DNA of 51,861 nucleotides, taken from NCBI GenBank assembly GCA_964413015.1, contig CAYPQZ010000009.1:1-51861 (forward strand). Reading direction: 5' to 3'. Source of the stretch: an uncultured Candidatus Saccharibacteria bacterium (GTDB lineage: Bacteria; Patescibacteriota; Minisyncoccia; Portnoybacterales; UBA2143). Position numbers and translations under genes: made by a program. Under the pieces are notes generated by a model that saw only the letters and a program-made list of their open reading frames with translations, searched no databases and was not told the DNA's origin. Numbering within the stretch: position 1 is the stretch's first letter; every line of letters starts with the position of its first letter. Shown piece by piece: positions 8,234 through 17,871 of this stretch.

Positions 8234-8701
8234 TAAATAGCTTCTCTCTACTTGACGTTCTTGAATGTAATAACCCGCCACACCGAAAGCGACTGAAACA
8301 TTTAAAGACTCCTTTTTGCCCAGCATTGGTAGATGAATAATCTGATCGGCCCTTTTTAAAACAGACGGAGAAATTCCCTTAATTTCATTGCCAACTACTA
8401 AAGCTAAAGGGAATTTCGGTTTAAATTTATTATATGCCAAACTATTTTTCGCCTGCTCTAAAGCGACAATAAAAACATTCTGCTTTTTTAATTTATCTAT
8501 TATCCGCCAAGTTTGCCAAGAATACTTCCAAGGAATATTTTTTTCGGCGCCTAAAGCGGTCTTGGATATTTTAGACTCAGGCGGTTGACCGCAAATGCCG
8601 CCTAAAAAAATTTTATCTACCGCTAAAGCGTCGGCGGTCCGGAAAATAGAGCCGATATTTTCCAAGCTTCGGATATTGTCACAAACCACATAAAAAGGCA
8701 T
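8219..8701 (-). CDS. TrmH/SpoU-family RNA methyltransferase
   Basis: DNIRSLENIGSIFRTAD, GNE..GIS, LPM.G.KESLNVSVA SPOUT motifs. Confidence 0.92.
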   Translation of the reverse strand: MPFYVVCDNIRSLENIGSIFRTADALAVDKIFLGGICGQPPESKISKTALGAEKNIPWKYSWQTWRIIDKLKKQNVFIVALEQAKNSLAYNKFKPKFPLALVVGNEIKGISPSVLKRADQIIHLPMLGKKESLNVSVAFGVAGYYIQERQVERSYLKDNP

Positions 8702-8719
8702 ACTTTAGTATAACACAAC

Positions 8720-8753
8720 AAGGACGACTCCTTAAATTTTTAAAGATTGTCCT
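8720..8753. repeat. Short REP-like doublet
   Basis: AAGGACGACTCCTTAAATTTTTAAAGATTGTCCTT, two inverted core variants. Confidence 0.75.
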
Positions 8754-8767
8754 TTCCCTTTTCAATA

Positions 8768-8796
8768 TTGACTAATTTACTATTATATGTTATAGT
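8768..8796 (+). promoter_or_regulatory. sigma70 promoter of the RlpA-like gene
   Basis: TTGACT-N17-TATAGT with extended -10 TG. Confidence 0.65.
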
Positions 8797-8844
8797 CAAA
8801 GACAATGGTTCTTTAAAACTCTAATTCAAAAGAAAGGAATAAGT

Positions 8845-9411
8845 ATGAAAAAGATATTGATAGGAATAGTAATGATAATATTTTTTATGGCGATAACGAC
8901 TTTTGGAGCAATAGCAACTGTTCCTTTCGCCAATAAATTGTTCAGTAGAAAAGAAAAAACTCAAAACCGTATTGTTTACTACGCCAGCGTAAGTTGGTAT
9001 GGGAAAAAGTTCCATGGAAGAAAAATGGCCAATGGAGAAATATATAACATGTATAATCCATTGGTGGTTGCTCATAAAACTTTACCTTTTAAAACTTTAG
9101 TAAAGATGACAAATCCTCTTAATGGCAAAATCACTTTTCTAGTAGTTAAGGACAGAGGTCCATATATCCCTGGTCGGCATTTTGATCTTTCGTATGCCGC
9201 GGCTAAAAAGCTTGGTATAGTTGAAAAGGGCATCGAGATGGTAAAAATAGAAATTATGACAGATAGTGAATTCTATTTTTATCGAATTAAAAAGGGAGAG
9301 ACACTATGGAGGCTGTTCGGGCATAAATGGCCTAAAATAGCCAAGATAAATAATCTAAATCACGAAAATATAAAAAGGGGACAAAAAATAATTGTCCCGT
9401 ATAAACTATAA
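8845..9411 (+). CDS. RlpA-family (DPBB) lytic transglycosylase with C-terminal LysM domain
   Basis: SWYGKKFHGRKMANGE, AHKTLPF, DRGPY, DLSYAAA; LysM-like YRIKKGETLW...IAKINNL...I..GQKIIVP; N-terminal signal or anchor. Confidence 0.9.
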   Translation: MKKILIGIVMIIFFMAITTFGAIATVPFANKLFSRKEKTQNRIVYYASVSWYGKKFHGRKMANGEIYNMYNPLVVAHKTLPFKTLVKMTNPLNGKITFLVVKDRGPYIPGRHFDLSYAAAKKLGIVEKGIEMVKIEIMTDSEFYFYRIKKGETLWRLFGHKWPKIAKINNLNHENIKRGQKIIVPYKL

Positions 9412-9430
9412 AGCAGAACCATCTATAAGA

Positions 9431-9462
9431 CCCAGTTGGATTAACCAACTGGGCCTTTTTTT
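9431..9462 (+). terminator. Intrinsic terminator of the RlpA-like gene
   Basis: CCCAGTTGG-attaa-CCAACTGGG followed by a T7 tract. Confidence 0.85.
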
Positions 9463-9470
9463 AACACGAA

Positions 9471-9572
9471 AAGAACAGTCTTTAAAAATTTAAGGATTGT
9501 CATAACTTGATAAGGACAGTCTTTAAAATGACGCTCTTGTGCTCAAGGGACATCATTTTAAGGACTGTCCTT
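9471..9572. repeat. REP-like cluster: short doublet plus module B (9512-9572)
   Basis: AAGGACAGTCTTTAAAATGACGCTCTTGTGCTCAAGGGACATCATTTTAAGGACTGTCCTT. Confidence 0.88.
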
Positions 9573-9588
9573 TGACTAATTTATCAAC

Positions 9589-9628
9589 AAAAAAAAGGCT
9601 GTTAGTCGTTATTTCTGACTAACAGCCT
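9589..9628 (-). terminator. Intrinsic terminator of the 9633-9983 gene
   Basis: Minus strand AGGCTGTTAGTC-N9-GACTAACAGCCT followed by a T tract. Confidence 0.85.
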
Positions 9629-9632
9629 AATT

Positions 9633-9983
9633 CTATTGATATGCATCTGGAGGCTGACGTTTCTCATGCCCCCAAGCACCTCTTCTAAGTTTATCGGTTA
9701 TCCAGCCACTTCTGTCCTTTTTCAATATGCCCTTCCCTGAAAAATAATCCCTGGCTTTCCGAGAAATAGAAATTTCTCTTTCGTCTAAAACAGATAAAAA
9801 TTCCCTGTTTAGCAAAAAGATATCTCCATTCGTTAAGTATGAACCCCTTTTTAACATATGAATGGCATTGGCACAAAGTGCCCTAGGCGCTAATAATTTA
9901 AGAGGCACATCTTCGTCAATTTCTATATTAATTAAATCATTAATAATCTTCCTAAAGGCTTCTATTTCTTCGTATATGGCCAT
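9633..9983 (-). CDS. Hypothetical protein (orphan-like)
   Basis: 116-aa ORF with SD GGAGG, own promoter TTGACT-N17-TATTAT (10040-10068) and own terminator. Confidence 0.7.
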   Translation of the reverse strand: MAIYEEIEAFRKIINDLINIEIDEDVPLKLLAPRALCANAIHMLKRGSYLTNGDIFLLNREFLSVLDEREISISRKARDYFSGKGILKKDRSGWITDKLRRGAWGHEKRQPPDAYQ

Positions 9984-10090
9984 CTTAACCCTCCATTTTA
10001 AGAGTTAAAAAATGTTAAAAAACTAATTCAATATATTGCATAATACCATATTTTAATTTTTAAGTCAACAGCTAGATTGTAGATACCCAT

Positions 10091-10195
10091 AAGGACAGCG
10101 ATAATAAGGACGGTCCTTAAAATAATGTCCCTTGAGCACAAGGGCGTCATTTTAAAGACCGTCCTTATCTGTTTATGACAATCCTTAAATTTTTA
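10091..10195. repeat. REP-like cluster with module B (10106-10166), reverse orientation
   Basis: AAGGACGGTCCTTAAAATAATGTCCCTTGAGCACAAGGGCGTCATTTTAAAGACCGTCCTT, with a paired A:T to G:C change in the two arms. Confidence 0.88.
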
Positions 10196-11227
10196 AATCT
10201 CGCCTTCTATCGTTTCTACTAACCACAGTTTTTTGGCCTCTTGCCAAAGGGAGTTGTCATTATGTTTTTCCTTTAGCCAGTACCACCATTCGGCTCCCCA
10301 TAAATAGGCCTCATCAAATCCAGTTTGCCGGGTATATTCAATAATCCTCTTGAATTTCTCCAAATCCATAGATTTAGATTGTTCTTCAGGGCTTGTTTCG
10401 TAAATCATCCGATGGCTCCAAGGCTCTGCTTGAAGCTCAATAATAATCACCCTATCAATTCCAGTCAGCAACTTGGTTAGCTGAGCTCTTTTGTAATAAA
10501 AAACCGGAGGAATCGGATATCGAAAATGCTTCTCCAATAAATCACTCCAGACAATCCGGTAAAGGGTAGTCCCTAAAATATTCGCCCGGGAAGCTGGCTG
10601 GACCCAGCTGCTTAATTCTCCGCTGGCAGTCAAAATAATCGGGCGTTTGCCTAAATCAGATTCTCTGACTAAAGCAATTTCTTCATCTAAAAAATCTTTA
10701 TTTAGTTTCGGACACTCGCCAAAACTTTTTAAAAACGGCTCATTTTCAACCTGCCAGGCCCAAATCGTTTCGTTGCCTTGGTAACGGTTGATTACTTCGG
10801 AAAGCATTAATAGAATTTCCTGTTGCTTTTTTTCTTGGCTTAATTCTGTTGCCCATTTAGGAATATGACATTCGGGCCAACGAGGAACTTTTTGCCCGAC
10901 AACTAGAATCACCTGAACATTCCTTTTCCCGGCCTCTAAGATCTGCCAATCTAAATCTTCAAAAGAATATTCGCCTAATTCCGGCTCAATATTCGGCCAG
11001 TAAGCTACTAGCCGAATTTTCTCAACTTTTAAATCGTCGAGAATGGCTAAATACATTTTCTGCCAGTCAATCTCCATTTTCTCGGCAAAATATTGGCTAA
11101 AACTAACGCCAAAATCAATTCGGTCAGCCGGCTCTGCTTGGCCAGTGAACATATAAACAAGAGAAACGGCCAAACAAAGAATCGCTAAAATAATAATTAT
11201 CAAAATAGTCCGGATAATAAATTTCAT
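10193..11227 (-). CDS. Membrane-anchored clan GH-A glycoside hydrolase (GH5/GH42-like)
   Basis: N-terminal TM helix; YWPNIEP..G.YSF, WQVENEP acid/base motif, ELQAEPW, LWG.EWW. Confidence 0.75.
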   Translation of the reverse strand: MKFIIRTILIIIILAILCLAVSLVYMFTGQAEPADRIDFGVSFSQYFAEKMEIDWQKMYLAILDDLKVEKIRLVAYWPNIEPELGEYSFEDLDWQILEAGKRNVQVILVVGQKVPRWPECHIPKWATELSQEKKQQEILLMLSEVINRYQGNETIWAWQVENEPFLKSFGECPKLNKDFLDEEIALVRESDLGKRPIILTASGELSSWVQPASRANILGTTLYRIVWSDLLEKHFRYPIPPVFYYKRAQLTKLLTGIDRVIIIELQAEPWSHRMIYETSPEEQSKSMDLEKFKRIIEYTRQTGFDEAYLWGAEWWYWLKEKHNDNSLWQEAKKLWLVETIEGEI

Positions 11228-11229
11228 AA

Positions 11230-12147
11230 CTAAAAAGCTAAAATTCCTAAACCGAAACAGATGAATAAAATGGCAACGGCCCTTTTAAGAATAATCCCCT
11301 GACCAATTTGCTCTCTAAGGATATAAGGAAATTTTTTGGATAATACCAAAGCAATTACTAAAAGAAATAAATATTGGACTCCTTGTAAAGAATTAACCAA
11401 GGTAACGCTGCCTAAGTAAATTGCGTAATTCAGAATTAAAAAAGCCGAAGCCGATAAAAGTTTGTTAAAAACAATCAAGCCGCCTGTTTTCAGTTTGATT
11501 GACCTAGAGGTTTTAAAAATCGCTTGCCTGACGCTGGGAACAATCAACAGTAAAAAAGCCCCCAAAATTCCTCCTAAACGAATCCAGATAAATCCATTAA
11601 TAAAGGACTGTTCCGTAAAAACAAATTTGGTTAAAACATAAGAGGCGGCAAACAAAAAAGCGGCTAATAAAGCTTTGGGAAGCCTTTTTGCTAAAGACGG
11701 CTTTCTCTCTCCAGGCAAAAGTTTGATATATTTTCTTGGCCAAGTAATAATTATTCCTCCTAAAATAAGCAGAGAGAAAGCAATTAACTGATTGAAGTTT
11801 AAACGTTCGCCCAGAAAAAAATAGGTTAAGGCAAAAGTAAAAATAGGCATCGCTCCGCCTACAATTGGTACAATCCTAGAAACTTCGCCCATTCGGACCG
11901 ATTCGTAAAAGAATAGAATCGCCAAAACAAAAGAAATTCCGGCGACAAAACTAAAAAGAATCTGACCAAAGGGAATGCTTGAAAAACCGAAAGGGATTAA
12001 GAATAAGCTTAACAATCCGCTCAAAATTCCAACGTAAAAAGCATACGGGCTGGAACGGAGAGCCGTCCGAGAAAGAAGAAACTTATCAGTAACAAAAACC
12101 AAAGCGGTAATAAAATGGGCAAAAATAGCAATTAAAAGCCAGTTCAT
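11230..12147 (-). CDS. EamA/DMT-family transporter (start corrected to ATG 12147)
   Basis: About 10 TM helices in two repeats, FLGERL motif; the ORF-track N-terminal 18 aa are partly repeat-derived. Confidence 0.85.
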   Translation of the reverse strand: MNWLLIAIFAHFITALVFVTDKFLLSRTALRSSPYAFYVGILSGLLSLFLIPFGFSSIPFGQILFSFVAGISFVLAILFFYESVRMGEVSRIVPIVGGAMPIFTFALTYFFLGERLNFNQLIAFSLLILGGIIITWPRKYIKLLPGERKPSLAKRLPKALLAAFLFAASYVLTKFVFTEQSFINGFIWIRLGGILGAFLLLIVPSVRQAIFKTSRSIKLKTGGLIVFNKLLSASAFLILNYAIYLGSVTLVNSLQGVQYLFLLVIALVLSKKFPYILREQIGQGIILKRAVAILFICFGLGILAF

Positions 12148-12167
12148 ACGCGTAAAACTTTTACAAT

Positions 12168-12315
12168 AAGGACAGTCCTTTAAATGATGTCCCTTGAGCA
12201 CAAGGGCGTCATTTTAAAGACTGTTCTTATCAGTTTCCCCTTGTCAAAATTTAAGGAGTTGTCCTTTCCCTCCGAAGGCGGAAAGTCGCTACTCTTAATG
12301 ACAATCCTTAAATTT
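12168..12315. repeat. Composite REP-like element, reverse orientation (module B 12168-12228; module A with a different interior 12247-12315)
   Basis: Same termini as the 8057 and 37068 copies, but the internal GC hairpin is replaced. Confidence 0.88.
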
Positions 12316-12317
12316 CC

Positions 12318-13541
12318 TTAAAAATCAGCCTTATGGTTAGGCATTCCATTCTTTTTGCAAATCTGAGCGTATTCAAAAGCGCTCGGCCTAATTCTACGCT
12401 CCATTGTTTTATAGTCTACTTCAACTAAACCAAAGCGCGGCCAAAATCCCTTGTCCCATTCAAAATTATCAAGCAGGGACCAATAAAAATACCCACGAAC
12501 ATCCACGCCATTTTGAATCGCCTGATGGACATATTTAAGATGATCTTTAATAAATCTAATTCTTTTAGCATCTTTAATATCAGCTAAACCGTTTTCAGTT
12601 ATGTATATTGGCTTTTTGTATTTTTTCAAATCTTTAAGCAAATAATAAATTCCTTGAGGATAAAAATCCCAACCTAAATCAGAAACTAATAGTTTTTTCT
12701 TTTTGGGAAATTGACAATGTTTATAATAATTTAAACCAATGAAATCCTGCTGGTTTTTTATTTTATTCATGAACCAATTATTTCGAAAATATTTAACCAA
12801 AGGAACATTTTTAAAATACCAGTTATTCTTAGAAATCCCTACCTGGCAATCTAAATCAATCAAATGAAGCGACTTATACGCTAATCGATGAGCTTTAGCT
12901 AAATTATTAAGTACTTTGAGATATTTAAAGACGCTCTTTTTTTGAGGAGGGAAAAGTCCCCTTAAATAAGCATCGCCGGTATAAACCATTGGTTCGTTAA
13001 TAGTAATCCAAAAATTTACTTCATCAAATAAATTCTGGCTGATTATTTTTACATAACGGTCAAAGTAATAAGGAGCTTTTGGATTAAGCCAGCCGCCTTT
13101 TTTGGACAGCCAGACAGGCAAAGTCCAATGGTAAAAGGTGACGAACGGTTCCAATCCCCGTTTTTTTAAAGCCAAAAGCACTTGTCGGTAATGTTCAATT
13201 TCTTTTGGTTTAATTTTGCCTTCTTTTGGCTCTATTTGCGACCATTCAATAGAAAAGCGATGGGCGTTGTGATTTAATGATTTGGCAATTTCAAAATCTT
13301 CCTTAAAGCGATGATAGTGATCGCAAGCCAGGCCCGAAATATAGTTCTCCGATTTAAACATTTCGGGGAATTTTTTCTGTTGCCAGCTTTCCCAATGCTT
13401 TTTAGCTTCTTCGGCTAAACGGGCAGCGTTTTCCTTTTCCCACTCGGTCCAATCATTAAAATTCCCGCCTTCTACCTGGTGGGCTGAAGTACTCGTTCCC
13501 CAATAAAACCCTTTTGGGAAATTAAGATCTTTTTTCAACAT
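12318..13541 (-). CDS. Glycoside hydrolase family 1 (beta-glucosidase-like)
   Basis: FYWGTSTSAHQVEG, RFSIEWS, TINEP, ITENG, WSLLDNFEW..G..RFGL. Confidence 0.93.
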   Translation of the reverse strand: MLKKDLNFPKGFYWGTSTSAHQVEGGNFNDWTEWEKENAARLAEEAKKHWESWQQKKFPEMFKSENYISGLACDHYHRFKEDFEIAKSLNHNAHRFSIEWSQIEPKEGKIKPKEIEHYRQVLLALKKRGLEPFVTFYHWTLPVWLSKKGGWLNPKAPYYFDRYVKIISQNLFDEVNFWITINEPMVYTGDAYLRGLFPPQKKSVFKYLKVLNNLAKAHRLAYKSLHLIDLDCQVGISKNNWYFKNVPLVKYFRNNWFMNKIKNQQDFIGLNYYKHCQFPKKKKLLVSDLGWDFYPQGIYYLLKDLKKYKKPIYITENGLADIKDAKRIRFIKDHLKYVHQAIQNGVDVRGYFYWSLLDNFEWDKGFWPRFGLVEVDYKTMERRIRPSAFEYAQICKKNGMPNHKADF

Positions 13542-13579
13542 ATACGAACTCCTCTATAAAATTTGAGAAATTCAGTTTC

Positions 13580-14395
13580 TCAAATCTGGCATTTAGGGCA
13601 AAAATGCGCTGAACGTTGGCCAATTTTAATTTTTTCAATTTTTGCTCCGCATTTTTTACAGGGCTGACCAGTCCGTTGGTAAACTTGAATTAAAGGCACA
13701 AAATTTCCTTCTCGGCCATCCGCATCCAGATAGTCCTCAGCAGAACTGCCCTTTTTCTTTATCCCCAGTTTTAAAACTCTTTTAATCTGTTTAAAAACTT
13801 TTTTAATTTCTTCTAACTTTAAGCTTTGCGCCCGGCGAGCCGGACGGACTCCTGCATAAAACAAAATTTCATCGGCATAAAGGTTGCCAATTCCGGCAAT
13901 AATCTGCTGATTCATTAAAAAGGGCTTGATCCTTAATTTTTTCCTTTTCTTCAACAAGCTCTTAAAAACCTCCAAAGTAAATTCCTTGCTTAATGGTTCG
14001 GGACCATAGGATTCTTTGCTAAGATAAGCGCTTAAATCCTTGCCTTTAATCAATTTAACAAAACCAAACTGCCTTAAATCATTATACGAAAGCCATGTTT
14101 TATCTTTGAAATAAAAAATTAAATGGGTGTACTTATTGGGCTGGCCGTTAAAAATCAATTGGCCGGTCATTTTAAGATGAATTAGCAAATTGTAATTGTT
14201 TGATAACTTAATAATCAGCAATTTAGCTCGTCGCTTAACTTGTTCAATTCGGCTGTTAATAACCGTTCTCTTAAAACCCCTAATCGGATACTTAATTATT
14301 TTAGACAAATTTACCTTAACGCCTTCAATTGTCCTGTTTTTGATTCTGGTGCTTAACTGCCGTTTAATTGTTTCTACTTCAGGTAACTCCGGCAT
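13580..14395 (-). CDS. mutM: Formamidopyrimidine-DNA glycosylase
   Basis: MPELPEVE, HLKMTG, GIGNLYADE, C-terminal zinc finger. Confidence 0.97.
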   Translation of the reverse strand: MPELPEVETIKRQLSTRIKNRTIEGVKVNLSKIIKYPIRGFKRTVINSRIEQVKRRAKLLIIKLSNNYNLLIHLKMTGQLIFNGQPNKYTHLIFYFKDKTWLSYNDLRQFGFVKLIKGKDLSAYLSKESYGPEPLSKEFTLEVFKSLLKKRKKLRIKPFLMNQQIIAGIGNLYADEILFYAGVRPARRAQSLKLEEIKKVFKQIKRVLKLGIKKKGSSAEDYLDADGREGNFVPLIQVYQRTGQPCKKCGAKIEKIKIGQRSAHFCPKCQI

Positions 14396-14404
14396 AATTA
14401 AAAG

Positions 14405-14465
14405 CTTACTTACCGACTACTGACTATCGCCAGCTACAACCCGTAGTCTGTAGTCTGTAAGCAAG
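14405..14465. repeat. Inverted 7-nt-periodic repeat (GACTAC / GTAGTCT units)
   Basis: CTTAC.GACTAC.GACTAT ... GTAGTCT GTAGTCT GTAAG. Confidence 0.55.
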
Positions 14466-14466
14466 T

Positions 14467-15519
14467 TCATTTTGGAGATTCCTTATATTGTGTGTTAACT
14501 AAAACTTCTTTTAAGGAATCAATATCTTCCAGAACCATGCCAGCGCCCCGGGCAACCGCTGTTAAGGGGTCTTCCACTAATTTCACTGGCATCTCCGTCC
14601 GTTCAGCCACCAATTGTTCCAGGCCGCGCAACAGGCCGCCGCCGCCGACCAGAAAAATTCCCCGATGCATAATGTCAGCCACTAATTCTGGAGGAGTTTC
14701 TTCAATGGTTCCCTTAATGGCATTAGTCAGAACCCTAACCGAACGGCTTAAGGCCTTTCGGATTTGAGAATCGTCAATAGCGACTTCCTTGGGCAAGCCG
14801 GTAACAATATCCCGACCACGCATAGTCGTTTCCATTTTTCCATTCAAAGGATAAGCCGAGCCAACCGACAGTTTGATGTCTTCGGCTGTTTTTTCTCCCA
14901 AAAGCAAATTGAATTCCTCGCGGGCGTATTGGATAATGTCTTCGTTAAGTTTATCTCCGGCTACTCGCAAGCTTTTGCTCACAACAATCCCGCCTAAAGA
15001 AATGACTGCTACTTCAGTAGTTCCTCCGCCAATATCTACAATCATATTGCCGGCCGCTTCCTGAACAGGCAGGCGGATACCGATAGCTGCCGACATCGGT
15101 TCCTCTATTAGATAAACTTCTCTGGCGCCGGCGCTTCGAGTGGCGTCCTCAACCGCTTTTTTTTCAACCTCGGTAACTCCTGAAGGAACTCCGACCACCA
15201 CCCGGGGACGGGGCAAAAGATAAAAACTCTCCCGATGGACTTTGTCAATAAAAAACTTGAGCATTTGCTCAGTCACTTCAAAATCAGAAACCACCCCGGC
15301 TACTAAAGGACGGGAGGCAATGATATGAGCTGGAGTCCGGCCAACCATTTTTTTGGCTTCCTGGCCGATGGATAAAATCTGGCCTGTTTTCTGATTAACT
15401 GCCACTACCGAAGGTTCATTAATAACAATCCCCTTTCCTTTTACATAGACTAGGGTATTAGCTGTCCCCAAATCAATGCCAATATCTTTAGAAAAAGCGC
15501 CAAAAAATTTGTTTAACAT
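14467..15519 (-). CDS. mreB: Rod shape-determining protein MreB
   Basis: GIDLGTANT, EPSVVA, VDIGGGTTE, TPPEL, L.GGG. Confidence 0.96.
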   Translation of the reverse strand: MLNKFFGAFSKDIGIDLGTANTLVYVKGKGIVINEPSVVAVNQKTGQILSIGQEAKKMVGRTPAHIIASRPLVAGVVSDFEVTEQMLKFFIDKVHRESFYLLPRPRVVVGVPSGVTEVEKKAVEDATRSAGAREVYLIEEPMSAAIGIRLPVQEAAGNMIVDIGGGTTEVAVISLGGIVVSKSLRVAGDKLNEDIIQYAREEFNLLLGEKTAEDIKLSVGSAYPLNGKMETTMRGRDIVTGLPKEVAIDDSQIRKALSRSVRVLTNAIKGTIEETPPELVADIMHRGIFLVGGGGLLRGLEQLVAERTEMPVKLVEDPLTAVARGAGMVLEDIDSLKEVLVNTQYKESPK

Positions 15520-15531
15520 AGAAAAGAATTT

Positions 15532-16764
15532 TTAATTTTTAATTTTTAAAAATTTTATCAAATCTTTTATTTTTACTGATTCTGTCTTTTGGCTATCGCG
15601 TTTTTTAATTTCAACTGAATTCTTAGCTAAGGTTTTCTCGCTAGTAACTATCCGCCAAGGAATGCCGATTAAATCAGCTTCAGCGAACTTTTCTCCGGGA
15701 TTTTTCTCGCGGTCGTCATAAAGCACTTCAAGATTATTCTTTCGTAACTCTTTGTAAAGCTGCTCCGACTTTTTCTTCTCGTTTAAATCCAACAAATGGG
15801 CCTGGTAAGGGGCGACCCCCTCCGGCCAAATGATTCCCTGTTCGTCATGAGATGTTTCAACAATTGCCGCCATCAACCTTCCTAATCCAATACCGTAACA
15901 TCCCATAATAATTGGCTTTTTCTTTCCGTTCTGGTCGGTAAATTCAGCTTTCATGGCTTGGCTATATTTTGTTCCTAAATAGAAAGCATGGCCGATTTCA
16001 ATACCGCTTTTTTCTTCAAGCTTTGCCCGGCATTGCGGACACTCTTTAATGTTGCCGGCCTTTTCTAAATTAGCCCCGTAATCACACTTCGGACAGATAA
16101 CTATTTTATCTTCTCCAGTTTCAGAAATTAACATAAATTCATGAGACAAGCTACCGCCAATAGTCCCCGAATCGGCCTCTACGACGATTGCCTTTAACCC
16201 ACAGCGCCTAAATATCCTGCTGTAAGCATCTTTAGCTTTCTGGTAAAAATCCAGAGCCTCTTTTCCAAAGGCATTGAAACTATAAAGGTCTTTCATTATA
16301 AATTCGCGTACCCGCAAAAGTCCGTTGACAGACCGCATCTCATTGCGGAATTTGTTCTGAATCTGGTAAAGATATACTGGCAAATCCTGATAAGATTCAA
16401 CTCTTTTCCTGACTAAATCAGTAATTACCTCTTCATGAGTCGGGCCTAAGCCGAACTGTTTTTGATGACGGTCTTTAATTTTGAAAAGAGGCGGGTCAAT
16501 CGTTTGCCAACGGCCGGTTTCCCGCCATAAATTCTTAGGAATTAAACTCGGCAAATTTAATTCCTGGCCATTTAAAGCATCCATTTCTTCCTGAATAATC
16601 CTTCTTATTTTCTCGTGAACCCGCCAACCCAAAGGCAAAAAACTGTAAATTCCAGACGCCAACTGGTCAATAAAATCGCCTCTGACTAAATACTTATGGC
16701 TGATTGTTTCAGCGCCTTTGGGCGCTTGTTTTTTAGTTTTACTAAAAAGTTGTGATTGACGCAT
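15532..16764 (-). CDS. proS: Proline--tRNA ligase, short form without INS editing domain
   Basis: LGPTHEE, KFRNE.R..GLLRVREF.MKD.YSF, MGCYGIG..R, anticodon-binding domain. Confidence 0.96.
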   Translation of the reverse strand: MRQSQLFSKTKKQAPKGAETISHKYLVRGDFIDQLASGIYSFLPLGWRVHEKIRRIIQEEMDALNGQELNLPSLIPKNLWRETGRWQTIDPPLFKIKDRHQKQFGLGPTHEEVITDLVRKRVESYQDLPVYLYQIQNKFRNEMRSVNGLLRVREFIMKDLYSFNAFGKEALDFYQKAKDAYSRIFRRCGLKAIVVEADSGTIGGSLSHEFMLISETGEDKIVICPKCDYGANLEKAGNIKECPQCRAKLEEKSGIEIGHAFYLGTKYSQAMKAEFTDQNGKKKPIIMGCYGIGLGRLMAAIVETSHDEQGIIWPEGVAPYQAHLLDLNEKKKSEQLYKELRKNNLEVLYDDREKNPGEKFAEADLIGIPWRIVTSEKTLAKNSVEIKKRDSQKTESVKIKDLIKFLKIKN

Positions 16765-16768
16765 ATGT

Positions 16769-17866
16769 TTAAAATAATCTGATTATATCCCGCCAAGTTA
16801 CGGCAAGCATTAAGAGAATCAAAAGTACAAATCCAACCGTATGAGTAAACCCTTCTATTCTTTGACTGACCGGCGAACCCTTAATTTTCTCGATAGCCAG
16901 AAACAATAAACGGCCGCCATCCAAAGCTGGAAAAGGCAGGATATTAATAATAGCCAGGTTAATGCTCAATAAAGCGGTTAACTGTAAAAGATAAATAAAG
17001 CCAAGCTGGGTCGCCTGGGCGGTAAAATCAAAAATGCCTACTGGACCGGCTATTTCGGCGGTTAAATGGCCGGTTGTAATTAATTGCCATAACAAATTGC
17101 CGAAAGCGATTGTAATCATCCAAGTTAAACTAACCGTACTCACGATGCCTTTTATTAAGGCCTGATGCCAGGGATAAGAAACAATGGCCGTCTTGGCTAA
17201 AGCCACGCCTAATGGACCTTGGTTAGCCGGCGGATTGATTCTGGGAATTAAAGTTTTTTCCAAAATTTCATCCCCTCTTTCAATAACTAAAGTAATTTCC
17301 TCCCCCTTGTGTTCACTAATTAACCCCTGCATCTGACTAACTGTATCAATTCGAAATTCTGAATTCGAAATTCTAAATTCTTTAATACTGTCCCCTATGC
17401 TAATCCCCGCCCGGCTAGCTGGTGAATCAGAAGCCACCTGGACAAACTGGACTTTAGCGTCTTTTAAATTAGCGCCCATCTCGTCGTCAACAATGCTGGG
17501 CAGACCAATCCAATGGCCAATCCCTAAAAGTAGACAGGCTAGTAGGAAATTCATAGCTACTCCGGCCGTTAAAATTATCGCCCGTTTACCGACCGACTGG
17601 TTATAGAAAACTCTTTTGTTTTCGGTTTTCCGCTTGTCTGATTCGGGACCGTTTTCTCCGGCTATTTTGACAAAACCGCCAATCGGGAAAAGATTCAGCG
17701 AATAAATTGTTTCTCCTTTTTTAATACCAAAAATCCTCGGCGGATAGCCGAGACCGAATTCCTCCACTTTAACGCCGGCTCGCTTAGCCGTAACAAAATG
17801 ACCTATTTCATGTACTAAAATAAGCAGGCCGAGAATTATAGCAAAAACAATGATGGTTAAAAGCAT
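16769..17866 (-). CDS. rseP: RIP metalloprotease RseP (M50 with PDZ domain)
   Basis: HEIGH, GGFVKI, NILPFPALDGG. Confidence 0.93.
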   Translation of the reverse strand: MLLTIIVFAIILGLLILVHEIGHFVTAKRAGVKVEEFGLGYPPRIFGIKKGETIYSLNLFPIGGFVKIAGENGPESDKRKTENKRVFYNQSVGKRAIILTAGVAMNFLLACLLLGIGHWIGLPSIVDDEMGANLKDAKVQFVQVASDSPASRAGISIGDSIKEFRISNSEFRIDTVSQMQGLISEHKGEEITLVIERGDEILEKTLIPRINPPANQGPLGVALAKTAIVSYPWHQALIKGIVSTVSLTWMITIAFGNLLWQLITTGHLTAEIAGPVGIFDFTAQATQLGFIYLLQLTALLSINLAIINILPFPALDGGRLLFLAIEKIKGSPVSQRIEGFTHTVGFVLLILLMLAVTWRDIIRLF

Positions 17867-17871
17867 TATTT

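Noticed and set aside
8042-12315. CRISPR array or integron attC array interpretation of the clustered repeats
   Set aside because: No regular repeat-spacer period, mixed orientations, no cas or integrase gene, and no RYYYAAC/GTTRRRY ends
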